Below are positions 29,316 through 37,953 of a stretch of DNA of 64,000 bases, piece by piece. This DNA is from a virus, in IMG/VR virus record IMGVR_UViG_3300032116_000025; one strand, 5' to 3'. Every line of letters starts with the position of its first letter. The stretch's first letter is position 1. The position numbers were made by a program, and so were the translations under genes. The notes beneath the pieces were generated by a model. That model saw only the letters and a list, made by a program, of their open reading frames with translations, was not told the origin of the DNA and searched no databases.

Positions 29316-30305
29316 TCAGAACGTGCCGGTAACTGTCCAGCCAAAAAGACGGGCAACGAGCTGAATGCCCGTGTTGGCCGGTACGGTTACAGCAGGAACA
29401 ACGCCGCCGACGGGGCTGATGATAGAGCTTACCGTTGGCCCAATCGGACTAGCGAGCGAAATTGAGTTTGCCCCGTCTACGTTGATCAACGTAAGCTGCG
29501 TGCCGCGCGGGTAGTCAGCGGAGCTGGGAAGCGTTACGATAACGCCCGCACCACCGGGGACTAGCTCAATAAACGTCGGGTAAGACGTGTCGAGCGTAAG
29601 GTCTACCGCGGCGCCACCGGCGTTGACCAAGGATGCAGAGCACCGAGCTACTGCCCCGATGTTTACGGAGCCCGACGTGACGCGAACCTGCGGGTTATAG
29701 TGGCTGCCCGCGCCAGGGTCACCGATGATCTCTACACGTGAGGTGCCGCCATCCGCTAGAACCACGCGGGGCGTCTGGACATACTCGCCGTTTACTAAGC
29801 TGGTCCCAGAAGCCCCGTTAACCACAATACCAGCGTTGCCACCGTTATGGTCAACGGTGACACCGTCTCCCGCTCCAGCCGCAGAGATATAAGCCCCGTC
29901 TCCTGATCCTGACGCGCTGATAGAAACGCCTGGACCAGACGACGAAGCAAGCAGGCCAACAGCAATGCCCGGGCCGTTCGCGGACCCAAGCATCGCAATC
30001 TCAATGCCGGGCGCCCCGAGAGTAGATACGTTTGAAATCTCTAAGGGGGTAACCTTGTTGCCCGCAACTGTGTTTTGCAGAGTAATAGCTCCGCTAACCG
30101 GAACTACGTCAACAATCCGACCTGAGTCGTAAACGTCTTGGAGCGTGGGAACACTGCCACCGCCGCCAACAGGCCCAACGGTGTTTCCCGCAGCATCAAT
30201 GACGTAAAGCTGGTCGTCGCTCTGATCAAAGTAGAGCGCGCCCTCCCCAGCGGGAACGGTAGGAGCGGTGCCGGCACCAAGACGAATGTTTGCAGCAGTA
30301 GTCAT
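29316..30305 (-). CDS. Putative tail fibre/spike-like protein
   Basis: GALYFD..D.QLY N-terminal module, TLQDVYD, G.G.GV.I beta-helix-like repeats, LP.S..YP.G C-terminal domain. Confidence 0.6.
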   Translation of the reverse strand: MTTAANIRLGAGTAPTVPAGEGALYFDQSDDQLYVIDAAGNTVGPVGGGGSVPTLQDVYDSGRIVDVVPVSGAITLQNTVAGNKVTPLEISNVSTLGAPGIEIAMLGSANGPGIAVGLLASSSGPGVSISASGSGDGAYISAAGAGDGVTVDHNGGNAGIVVNGASGTSLVNGEYVQTPRVVLADGGTSRVEIIGDPGAGSHYNPQVRVTSGSVNIGAVARCSASLVNAGGAAVDLTLDTSYPTFIELVPGGAGVIVTLPSSADYPRGTQLTLINVDGANSISLASPIGPTVSSIISPVGGVVPAVTVPANTGIQLVARLFGWTVTGTF

Positions 30306-30396
30306 CTCTCACTCCTCACTGTGGAACTTGGGTGGGTCACCACTTGTAAATATAATTGCGCCTGACGGGTTTGAAGGGCCAGCCATGTTGATCTCC

Positions 30397-30693
30397 TCAG
30401 GGAATGACCATGAGCTGCGCGCCCGGAGATAGCGTAAACGACGCACCAGGATCTACAATTAGGCCCGGCGCTTTAACAATGTACTGGTAATCCGCAGGAA
30501 TGACGTACGCGTCACCAGTGCGAAGATTAAACTTCGTACCCAGCTGCGTTGCTCCGCCAACCCCCAGCGGACCCGTCTCGGTACCGGCGTCGTCCTTGGT
30601 GTAAAGGAAGCCGTCTGTTTTTGCGTAAACAGCGACTTGGCCCGGATCAGGGGTCGAGGCCGCAGGTCCCGTCGTTAGCTTAAGCTGCGCCAT
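30397..30693 (-). CDS. Putative fibre adaptor protein
   Basis: N-module like 29316..30305, C-module like 30703..31362. Confidence 0.6.
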   Translation of the reverse strand: MAQLKLTTGPAASTPDPGQVAVYAKTDGFLYTKDDAGTETGPLGVGGATQLGTKFNLRTGDAYVIPADYQYIVKAPGLIVDPGASFTLSPGAQLMVIP

Positions 30694-30702
30694 GTGGTCC
30701 TC

Positions 30703-31362
30703 TCAGATGATGACGATCTGCCCGCCCACGTCTGCGGTAATAGCCCCGCCGCCGTCGATCAGGATAGTTCCCTGAACCAGATACTGGTAGCGGGAGGGGA
30801 CGATAATATCGTCGGTGCTTTCCAGCCACCACTTTGTTCCCGTACTCGGGGAGCCTCCGCCGCTTAGCGACTCGACGGCGTTAGTCAGCTCCCACGCCCA
30901 TTCAGCCCATCCACGCCAGTTTTGTCCAGATACGCCAAGCCCCGCCCTGTTGGCGTAAGCGGCGTTGTCTGTGCTGGTGTCGGGATTATTCGACGAGATC
31001 TTGTTCGACGTTGGGGCGGTTTCAGGAAACAGGGGAACCCGCAGGTTCGTGCTTAGCGTACGAACCGACGCAATTCTAGTGGTCTCTGTAACTACGCCGC
31101 TGGCGTTTGCTGTGAGCCTAACGAGGAACGCACAGGGACTAACAACCCCGAGCGCAGGGCCAATCGTCACGGAAGAGCCAGAAGTGCTGCTTAATGAAGC
31201 TGCGGACCCTACCTGGTCGAGAATCTCCCAGGTATACGTGACGCCTACCCCAATCGGACTAACAACAGCAAGCGTAATGACCTCACCGGGCACTAGGTCG
31301 TGACGAGAACGACCGTCGATGCCCGACCCAGGAGTCGCTTGGTCAATCCGAAACTCGGCCAT
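30703..31362 (-). CDS. Putative virion structural protein with Ig/PKD-like domain
   Basis: ITL..TYTWEIL..FLVRLT pattern; C-terminal GTKWWL..YQYLV module. Confidence 0.6.
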   Translation of the reverse strand: MAEFRIDQATPGSGIDGRSRHDLVPGEVITLAVVSPIGVGVTYTWEILDQVGSAASLSSTSGSSVTIGPALGVVSPCAFLVRLTANASGVVTETTRIASVRTLSTNLRVPLFPETAPTSNKISSNNPDTSTDNAAYANRAGLGVSGQNWRGWAEWAWELTNAVESLSGGGSPSTGTKWWLESTDDIIVPSRYQYLVQGTILIDGGGAITADVGGQIVII

Positions 31363-31399
31363 GACGCAAGGATAGCATTACCCCGCGCGGCAGAGAATC

Positions 31400-31756
31400 T
31401 CAAACCCCCGGTTTGTCGGGAAGCTCAAAGAGCACAAGACCTGGGAGAATCCAGCGGACCATTGCTTTGGAGCCCGGAAAGAAGTTAGCGGCTACCTGCT
31501 CAGCTTCGTCGCTAGCTATTGGGATGCCGCTAACCTCTGACAGCGTGGCCCAACAGGCCATGCGAAGCGGAGATCCTTGCAGGTAAAGCCTGTACCGGTC
31601 GTTAGTGAAAAGGCGCCCGTACACAGCACAACTTCTGCCGGTAAAGCTGGCAGGTTCAGCAGCGTCTTTAGCGGAAAACCAGCCAGGTGGAAGGGGCTGC
31701 GGAGTCCAGGAGTTGATAAGCTCCACGATCCGCAGCTCCCCCTGTATGCCAGGCAT
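31400..31756 (-). CDS. Hypothetical protein
   Basis: ORF track. Confidence 0.55.
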   Translation of the reverse strand: MPGIQGELRIVELINSWTPQPLPPGWFSAKDAAEPASFTGRSCAVYGRLFTNDRYRLYLQGSPLRMACWATLSEVSGIPIASDEAEQVAANFFPGSKAMVRWILPGLVLFELPDKPGV

Positions 31757-31757
31757 C

Positions 31758-32135
31758 TTACCGCAGGATCTTATCGTGCTCCGAGGGATCGTACATCAGC
31801 TGCACGTCGCTTGGAGCAAGCTGAATCAGGTCTTTACCCAGCGTGTGACGAATGTTCTTGTTTGTGTGCTGTTCAGCAAGGAAGCGCACGAACACGATCT
31901 TCTGCCCAACTTCTAGGCCGGGGATGGGAATGCGCTCCGCCCCCTTCCAGATCGTGCCAAACGCTAGGATCGTGCCTGTGTTGTTGGCGTGTTCCATAGC
32001 GCCCGACGGGTACAGGATCAGCCCGTTGGCAGAAACAGAAGGTGGCTCGTCAATCTGTACGAGCAACCGGTTGCCAAGGATGCGGATCTTTGTCCCGTCG
32101 GGCGTTACGTAGGTGTCTTGCGGGTGGCTGCTCAC
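31758..32135 (-). CDS. groES: Co-chaperonin GroES (Cpn10)-like
   Basis: IRILGNRLLV, S.NGLIL, GTILAFG, LEVGQKIVF. Confidence 0.75.
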   Translation of the reverse strand: MSSHPQDTYVTPDGTKIRILGNRLLVQIDEPPSVSANGLILYPSGAMEHANNTGTILAFGTIWKGAERIPIPGLEVGQKIVFVRFLAEQHTNKNIRHTLGKDLIQLAPSDVQLMYDPSEHDKILR

Positions 32136-32329
32136 TCCACCTTCTCCAGATTTTCAACCTCCACGATCTCGCGGCGCCCATCCGGGAACTGGACGTAAAT
32201 GCTCCCGCCGGTCGGATGCACCGCGCGGGCAATACCCTCTTCGTTAGAGGCGGTCTTGCCGGGGGCACCCCCAGTCACTCGGACACGGTCACCGGGGAAA
32301 AACGTATTGCTGTGCTTAGTATGGCTCAT
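32132..32329 (-). CDS. KOW/SH3-like small protein
   Basis: PGDRVRVTGG..EG....V.FPDG...V...NLE. Confidence 0.6.
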   Translation of the reverse strand: MSHTKHSNTFFPGDRVRVTGGAPGKTASNEEGIARAVHPTGGSIYVQFPDGRREIVEVENLEKVE

Positions 32330-32344
32330 AGAGTCTCCTTGCGT

Positions 32345-32710
32345 TCAGCCTACAGGAGTCTTGCTGATATCGCCAACCGACCCGTCGTCAACCGACAAGA
32401 TCGAGGCGGGGATGTTATCTGCCGTTACAGGCTGCTGGGCGGCCATGAACCGGCGGACGGCATCTCGAACAAGAGGTCCGGCAATCTTGAGCTGCTCAGT
32501 CATCTGAACCTGCTCTGCAAGAATGCAGACAAGCTCACCGCCGTCTTCCTTGTCCTTGCCGAACGAGATGGCAAGGCACGCGCTGATGCGGCTGTCACCG
32601 TCGGTGAACTTCACCGCAAACTGCTGCACGGGGACAACGCCAATGACCTGGTTTGGTCGGCCCGGAGCGTATTCCGGAGCCTGAGTACCCTGCTGAATTC
32701 GACCCGCCAT
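32345..32710 (-). CDS. Hypothetical protein
   Basis: AGGAG RBS. Confidence 0.6.
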   Translation of the reverse strand: MAGRIQQGTQAPEYAPGRPNQVIGVVPVQQFAVKFTDGDSRISACLAISFGKDKEDGGELVCILAEQVQMTEQLKIAGPLVRDAVRRFMAAQQPVTADNIPASILSVDDGSVGDISKTPVG

Positions 32711-32719
32711 GTTTCTCTC

Positions 32720-33001
32720 CTACTCGGCCAGTAGATCGGCCGTAGTTAGCTTTCCGTCTGCGATCATGCGAACTGTTGATGATGAAAGTTTGTGAAGGTT
32801 GCCGCCGATAACTACAAACACGCGCGTAGGGCGGGAGTTAACGACGGTCTGACAGATGAGATCTACGGCCTTAACGCGACCCGTGGTTGAGTGTGCCTCG
32901 TTGAACTCTTCTCCATCACGCACGTACGAGAAGGAGATTGAGTCGTCAGACCTCTCAATCAGAAGGTCCCCCGGCTCAACCTTGGCGGAATGGGTCGTCA
33001 T
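32720..33001 (-). CDS. Hypothetical protein
   Basis: Start taken at MTTHSAKV to limit overlap. Confidence 0.55.
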   Translation of the reverse strand: MTTHSAKVEPGDLLIERSDDSISFSYVRDGEEFNEAHSTTGRVKAVDLICQTVVNSRPTRVFVVIGGNLHKLSSSTVRMIADGKLTTADLLAE

Positions 33002-33569
33002 CCTGAATCTCCGGTCGCTCCAGCATTCGAACCGTCGGTGCAGGGCCGTTAACCTGGTGGTTTGCCGGAACGACGGGGTTTCCCACGTCATCTACTTCCA
33101 GAGTCCGCATGGGGGCCCTGCGGGCAATCTCGCGGCGTCGAGCTTCCTTCTCCTCCGCGATCTTTGCCTTAGTGCGAGGACGAGCGTCTAGGCCCTTCGC
33201 AATGAGTTCCTTGCGGAGAGACTCGGACGATTGCTGCTGGTTTGGTCGAGAGGCCACCACATCTTCCGTGGGGTTCTCAAACATTACGGGAGGGTTCACG
33301 GCCACATCTTCGGGGCCAGAGAACATCTCGTGCTCTAGGTCATCCTCTTCATCGTCTGAGGGCGCACCAGAGACGTTAACGGCCCGAGTCGTTGGTCCCG
33401 GTGTGACGCCAAGGGCCTGCGCCTCTCGGATGGCGTTGATGATGTCCGCCTCTTCGCACAGAACCCTGTGTTCTTGGCCTCCAAAACCAAATACTAGGTA
33501 GTTCTGCTGAGATCCCGTATCCGGCATCCAGTGCTGCTCGGCTCGGATAAACTCCACAAGAATCTTCAT
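32976..33569 (-). CDS. Hypothetical protein with acidic linker
   Basis: ORF track. Confidence 0.6.
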   Translation of the reverse strand: MKILVEFIRAEQHWMPDTGSQQNYLVFGFGGQEHRVLCEEADIINAIREAQALGVTPGPTTRAVNVSGAPSDDEEDDLEHEMFSGPEDVAVNPPVMFENPTEDVVASRPNQQQSSESLRKELIAKGLDARPRTKAKIAEEKEARRREIARRAPMRTLEVDDVGNPVVPANHQVNGPAPTVRMLERPEIQDDDPFRQG

Positions 33570-33751
33570 TACTTGTACTCCAGGTGGATCTGCCCAACGG
33601 GCGTCTCCGGCTTGTAGGAGATCTTGACCTCTCCGTGCTTGTAAACGAGGGAGACCTCGTGAGAGAGGTTGACCCGGCCCTTCTTCACGTCTTCTGACAG
33701 AAGGTTCAGCGCAGAAAGCAGAGCATCCCGGTCTTCACTAGAGATGCTCAC
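33569..33751 (-). CDS. Hypothetical protein
   Basis: GGAGG RBS; coupled. Confidence 0.55.
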   Translation of the reverse strand: MSISSEDRDALLSALNLLSEDVKKGRVNLSHEVSLVYKHGEVKISYKPETPVGQIHLEYK

Positions 33752-34077
33752 CGGTTACCTCCAATACCCGGAGGGGGCGGAGCCGCTGGAGTTCGAGACG
33801 CTGCCTGAGCGCGGGTCATTAGCTGCACAAGATTCGTGCTGTTGGTGCCCAGTTGGCCCAACAACACGACAAAAATGCACTTCTCCGGGCCTTGCACGGG
33901 TGATCCGTACTCATCCAGCTGGTCCGTGTTGAAGGCGATGCAGTCTGCGCCGCACACGCGTTGCGCGTTGTGCCAGCAAATCTCGCCGTCTAAGAGCTTT
34001 CGCTCGTCTGGAGTCTCAATCTTACGACGAGATCGGTTCTCCAGCTCTCGCAGGTCTGCCTCATTGTCGTCAATCAT
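33748..34077 (-). CDS. Cys-containing hypothetical protein
   Basis: CW....R.C..DC.AF...C. Confidence 0.6.
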   Translation of the reverse strand: MIDDNEADLRELENRSRRKIETPDERKLLDGEICWHNAQRVCGADCIAFNTDQLDEYGSPVQGPEKCIFVVLLGQLGTNSTNLVQLMTRAQAASRTPAAPPPPGIGGNR

Positions 34078-34615
34078 GCAGTTTACCCCGCTTTCGATCG
34101 ATGGGAGTCACGTTCCCACCAAACGACTTGGGTTCTTCGGCCAGTGCAGGGTGCACCTCGGTGCCCAACTTTGCTGCGTAGGCACGGTGGGCACGCTCCG
34201 CTGCCTCAAACCCACCGGTAATCGCTCCGCTCAGCATCGCCCGAACCACTTCTGAGCGCATTTCGTCCACAATCTCGTTGTGGGCAACCCTGGCGGCCTC
34301 GTCCTTATCGTCTCCAGGCTCCCTACGACGAGGAAGAAGGCCCGTAAACTCCATAACCTGGATAAACGGACCCGCCGCGTGCTTTGAAACTACGCGCAGG
34401 AGCACTTCGCCCACACGCTCGATGTCCCAAAACTGCTCGCTAGAGACAGCCCCGACGGTTTTAGAGAGAGGGCCCTCCCAACCGCAGTTTGGGCACCGGG
34501 CAGAAGCCCCAGTGTCCTCAGCTTCCGCAAGCAGAATGTACTGCCGCTGAACCTGAAGGTCGATCCCGCCACATTCTGGGCAAAAGTGACGTGCATCAGG
34601 CGTCGTATTCGACAT
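34070..34615 (-). CDS. Zinc-ribbon hypothetical protein
   Basis: CPECG and CPNCGWEG; GGAGGAGG RBS. Confidence 0.65.
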   Translation of the reverse strand: MSNTTPDARHFCPECGGIDLQVQRQYILLAEAEDTGASARCPNCGWEGPLSKTVGAVSSEQFWDIERVGEVLLRVVSKHAAGPFIQVMEFTGLLPRRREPGDDKDEAARVAHNEIVDEMRSEVVRAMLSGAITGGFEAAERAHRAYAAKLGTEVHPALAEEPKSFGGNVTPIDRKRGKLHD

Positions 34616-34796
34616 CCTGCTCCTCCTCCTGAGCACCTTCGTCAGAATCGCTCAGATCGTCGTCTGAATCGCCGTCAAAGCCTTCGTCGCCAACGCCTTC
34701 ATCGTCCCCGGGACCGTCCTCGGGATCCGGGGAAAAGGCGTACTTCATGAGGTTGCTGTCAGACAGGAGAAGAACTGCATCGGTAGTCGTGGTCAT
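34596..34796 (-). CDS. Small highly acidic protein
   Basis: MTTTTDAV.. with Asp/Glu-rich C-terminal half; GAGG RBS. Confidence 0.55.
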   Translation of the reverse strand: MTTTTDAVLLLSDSNLMKYAFSPDPEDGPGDDEGVGDEGFDGDSDDDLSDSDEGAQEEEQDVEYDA

Positions 34797-34809
34797 GGCG
34801 TTAATCCTC

Positions 34810-35082
34810 TCAGGAATCAGAGTTTCTCTGCATTTCAAGCGCACGAACTGCCACGTCAAGATGGGTCCGTGCCTCGATAACCTTCGCGAAGATGGTTCCA
34901 AGGGACTCGGTGCAGATCTGGCCCTTGATCCGATCGTCGAACGTGGACTTGGGGCTGGACTCAACCGCTGCGCCCAGAAGGAACCGAGAGCGGGTAGCGT
35001 CCTGCTGCAACTGGTTGAGTTGCTTGTCCATCTTCTTCAGCAGATCGGCCGTAGCGGACATTACTTCTTGAAGCTCAGACAT
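34810..35082 (-). CDS. Hypothetical protein
   Basis: ORF track. Confidence 0.6.
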   Translation of the reverse strand: MSELQEVMSATADLLKKMDKQLNQLQQDATRSRFLLGAAVESSPKSTFDDRIKGQICTESLGTIFAKVIEARTHLDVAVRALEMQRNSDS

Positions 35083-35618
35083 CAGTGACCTCTTGCTTTC
35101 ACAATCCGGGCTAAACCAGCGAGCGCCGAGATTGGGTTATCCGCCCTAACAAACAGCTCTCCGATAGTTGCGGTGTACGAGGTAACCTTCCCGCGCTCTA
35201 CGACTAGGACTGGGTTGCGGCCAACAAGCATCGTTGGAATCACCCGATGAGCCCGTAAATGAGGCAGGCCCGGATCAGGCTCCACAGACCAGAAGTCGTG
35301 GGTCATCCACTCTGGCAGCGGGAAGCCCGCAAGGTTCTGACGCAGCAGTTTCGTCAGAACCTCGTAGTACCCATCCGCGTTCTTGTCTGTCTCCTTCAGC
35401 GCCTTAAGCATTGACTGGTGAATGGCCTGGGCGACGTCAACAGCTGGAGCGCCGTTAAGCAGCCTGACCCACTCATCTTCCAGCTCTAGCTCTGGGACTG
35501 TGACCGGGGGTAGCTTGCCGGATCGAAGTGTGACGACTCCGCTGACGGACTCGGTGACTTCCCACGGGGTTCTGCTTCGGTCCGACTTCTGCGCCCACCA
35601 GTCTCCGCGCTGAACCAT
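35082..35618 (-). CDS. Hypothetical protein
   Basis: GGAGG RBS. Confidence 0.6.
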   Translation of the reverse strand: MVQRGDWWAQKSDRSRTPWEVTESVSGVVTLRSGKLPPVTVPELELEDEWVRLLNGAPAVDVAQAIHQSMLKALKETDKNADGYYEVLTKLLRQNLAGFPLPEWMTHDFWSVEPDPGLPHLRAHRVIPTMLVGRNPVLVVERGKVTSYTATIGELFVRADNPISALAGLARIVKARGH

Positions 35619-35851
35619 GCGCCACGCCTCCTCTGGTACGCCGTCTCCTCTTCAGCTAGCTCAGACAAGCGTTCCGATAGCTCTGCGGTTACTTGATCTT
35701 TGGGCAGAGCCGAAGCAGCCATCAAGATGAGCTGCCGGATGCCCGAGGTTGTCTTGCCGAGAACGTCCAGGGCAGTGACGGCCTTCCTTGAAGGATCCTG
35801 CGCCCCGGGGCGGACTCCTCGCGCCTTACCCTTGTGCTTCGTAGGTTTCAT
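35486..35851 (-). CDS. Hypothetical protein
   Basis: ATGA coupling at start; long 3' overlap. Confidence 0.45.
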   Translation of the reverse strand: MKPTKHKGKARGVRPGAQDPSRKAVTALDVLGKTTSGIRQLILMAASALPKDQVTAELSERLSELAEEETAYQRRRGAWFSAETGGRRSRTEAEPRGKSPSPSAESSHFDPASYPRSQSQS

Positions 35852-36252
35852 GTTCCTGGATACCTCGGCTTGACACGAAGGTGCTTGTGGGTAGCGAGCT
35901 TCTTCTGCTGGTCGGCTTGCGCCTTGAGGATGGGAGCAAGGGCAATCGAGGCCCGCGTCTTGACGAACTCGGCAAGGCGCTTGTGCTGATCTTCCTTGTC
36001 TGTATCTCCAGCGCGCTCGATGTACGGGAACATCCTGTCGCAGTACTTCTGGAACGCCTCAATGGCGGGCTTGGCTGCCCCGCCCTCAGGCAACGTGCTT
36101 TGTACGATAGCCCGTGTCGCCAGAAGATGCGCTTCCTGGCGGGACAGGAAGACCAGGATAAAGATCGACTCAAGAAGACTCCCGCGCGGTGGCATGCCTT
36201 GAAAGCGGTCGTACCACATGCCGCTCATGGCCCAGCCAACCGGAGTCTTCAT
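35848..36252 (-). CDS. Hypothetical protein
   Basis: ATGA coupling. Confidence 0.6.
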   Translation of the reverse strand: MKTPVGWAMSGMWYDRFQGMPPRGSLLESIFILVFLSRQEAHLLATRAIVQSTLPEGGAAKPAIEAFQKYCDRMFPYIERAGDTDKEDQHKRLAEFVKTRASIALAPILKAQADQQKKLATHKHLRVKPRYPGT

Positions 36253-37208
36253 CCAGTTTTTAGCGCCTCGTGGCTGAACGCCTCCCGCGTGCGCTGCTCA
36301 AACCAGTAACCGTGCGTCCCGAGAGCGTGAAGGAGCACGGTAGGGTAGCGGATGAACAACTCGAACTTGCGCTGGAACGCATCCTCATCGAAGGTCTTGC
36401 TGTAGCCCGTGCCCAGCATGTGCGGCGGAAGCTCTTGGCCGTTGATGCGGTAGACGGTGCAGACCGTCTGCATCAAGCCGTAGATCTCCGGCGCGATGTT
36501 CTCCTTGCGCTTGTCCTTCTCAATCTCGCGGGCAAGGATGAGCCGCAACGCCTGGTTCTCAATCGCTGAGATGCTCCGGTAGTAAACAGTGAGCTGCCCG
36601 GGAATGATGGGCACCTCCTGGCGGAACTCTCCCTCTGCAAGCACGGACACCAGGTCAAACGCGGAGACACGGTCCCGCACAGCCTTGCGCGCCGCTTCGT
36701 TGTTGATGGCGTCGAACTGGATGTTCCGGAGAACCCGATCGAACTCCAGGTCGTCCAGCTCGTCCATTCGGTTACGGAGCTGCTTCTTGGTCTCCTCGTC
36801 CGTAGGAATGGACGCCTGCTTGGGTTTCTCTTTGACTTCCTCTGGCTCAGGCATCTTTGGGCTTTCTGGGGCAGACGGTTGCTGCTGCTGCTTTACAGCT
36901 TCCTGTAGAGCCTTCAGACCGGCGATAGTCTCTGGACGCAGACCGGGCGCTGCACGGGTTGGGTCGTTCACGGCTTCCTCCACACGCCTATTTGCCTCCC
37001 CAATTGTGCCAATCGTCATCGGCGGATCCTTGCCGGGTTTGTAGGCAGAGTTAGCCGCAACCAAGTCAGGCATCCGGGGCAACGCCGCACGCTGCTGCGC
37101 TGCACGTTCCGCCACGCCCTTCTTGTAGTTAGACAACACCGGGTCAACGCGCATCGCATCCGGTGTGGCTTTGACGACCTGCGGTGGCTTGTTGGGTGGC
37201 TTATTCAT
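36249..37208 (-). CDS. Hypothetical protein (disordered N-terminus, globular C-terminus)
   Basis: 319 aa; first gene after TTGACA promoter. Confidence 0.7.
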   Translation of the reverse strand: MNKPPNKPPQVVKATPDAMRVDPVLSNYKKGVAERAAQQRAALPRMPDLVAANSAYKPGKDPPMTIGTIGEANRRVEEAVNDPTRAAPGLRPETIAGLKALQEAVKQQQQPSAPESPKMPEPEEVKEKPKQASIPTDEETKKQLRNRMDELDDLEFDRVLRNIQFDAINNEAARKAVRDRVSAFDLVSVLAEGEFRQEVPIIPGQLTVYYRSISAIENQALRLILAREIEKDKRKENIAPEIYGLMQTVCTVYRINGQELPPHMLGTGYSKTFDEDAFQRKFELFIRYPTVLLHALGTHGYWFEQRTREAFSHEALKTG

Positions 37209-37210
37209 GA

Positions 37211-37248
37211 GAATACGATAAGAATACTTACTCAGTTGAGGGTGTCAA
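37211..37248 (-). promoter_or_regulatory. Sigma70-type promoter TTGACA-16-TATTCT with GAATAC repeats
   Basis: -35 at 37243-37248, -10 at 37221-37226; GAATAC at 37211 and 37222. Confidence 0.65.
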
Positions 37249-37301
37249 GGAGAAAGAGTCAACAAGCAGAAAGAAGATGAGCAAAACGTCTTGCTGATCC
37301 T

Positions 37302-37309
37302 CCTATCAG
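37302..37309 (+). promoter_or_regulatory. CCTATCAG element
   Basis: 16 nt before methyltransferase ATG. Confidence 0.7.
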
Positions 37310-37325
37310 TAAATGAGGAGGAAAC

Positions 37326-37889
37326 ATGAACGAACTGTACAAAATCTGGCGATCATACACGATGGACAAAACCTGGTACGTACCGGGGTCGTGGGAGGCT
37401 CGCGCTCACGCAGTGCGTGTGTACTCGTGGGCCGTGCCCACAAACACCGCTATTCACGTTCTCACCCGGCAGCCAATCGTAGAGATTGGTGCAGGGACGG
37501 GATACTGGGCAAGACTTGTCCATGAGGCAGGCGGCGACGTCGTCGCCTACGACCCTGAGCCGTACCAGAACCGGTACGTCAGCGGAAAACACTTCCCCGT
37601 CCGCAAGGGCGGGACCAGGTCGGTAGCGCAACACGCCGATCGGGCACTCTTCATTTGCTGGCCGCCTTACAATGACGGAGTGGCCGCGCTTGCTCTCCGG
37701 ACATACCGGAGGGCAGGTGGAAAGAAGCTGTTCTACGTAGGTGAAGATAGGTACGGGTGCACCGCCAACAACCAGTTCTTCGACGAGTTGGAGAAGCACT
37801 GGTATTGCGGCGAATCGCTTTCCATCCCGAGATGGGATGGGATATACGATGGGTTCAACGTATACGACTTGGCTTCTACGGGCCGGTAG
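37326..37889 (+). CDS. Class I SAM-dependent methyltransferase
   Basis: YSWAVP, VEIGAGTGYWA, VVAYD, LFICWPPY, YVGE...CTA; GAGGAGG RBS. Confidence 0.8.
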   Translation: MNELYKIWRSYTMDKTWYVPGSWEARAHAVRVYSWAVPTNTAIHVLTRQPIVEIGAGTGYWARLVHEAGGDVVAYDPEPYQNRYVSGKHFPVRKGGTRSVAQHADRALFICWPPYNDGVAALALRTYRRAGGKKLFYVGEDRYGCTANNQFFDELEKHWYCGESLSIPRWDGIYDGFNVYDLASTGR

Positions 37890-37952
37890 CTCAACGGTGA
37901 GAGCCCCCGCCTTATAAGCGGGAGGTCACGGGTTCAACTCCCGTCCGGCCTA
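37880..37952 (+). tRNA. tRNA-Ile(UAU)
   Basis: Cloverleaf: GGGCCGG/CCGGCCT acceptor, GCTC/GAGC D arm, CCCGC-CTTATAA-GCGGG anticodon arm, ACGGG-TTCAACT-CCCGT T arm, A73; no encoded CCA. Confidence 0.9.
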
Positions 37953-37953
37953 C

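Noticed and set aside
35848-37208. Tail-chaperone-type -1 frameshift at CTA AAA ACT GGA TGA
   Set aside because: The next ORF is in the -1 frame, but there is no in-phase X XXY YYZ heptamer, ATGA coupling explains the overlap, and the pair is over 12 kb from the tape measure gene
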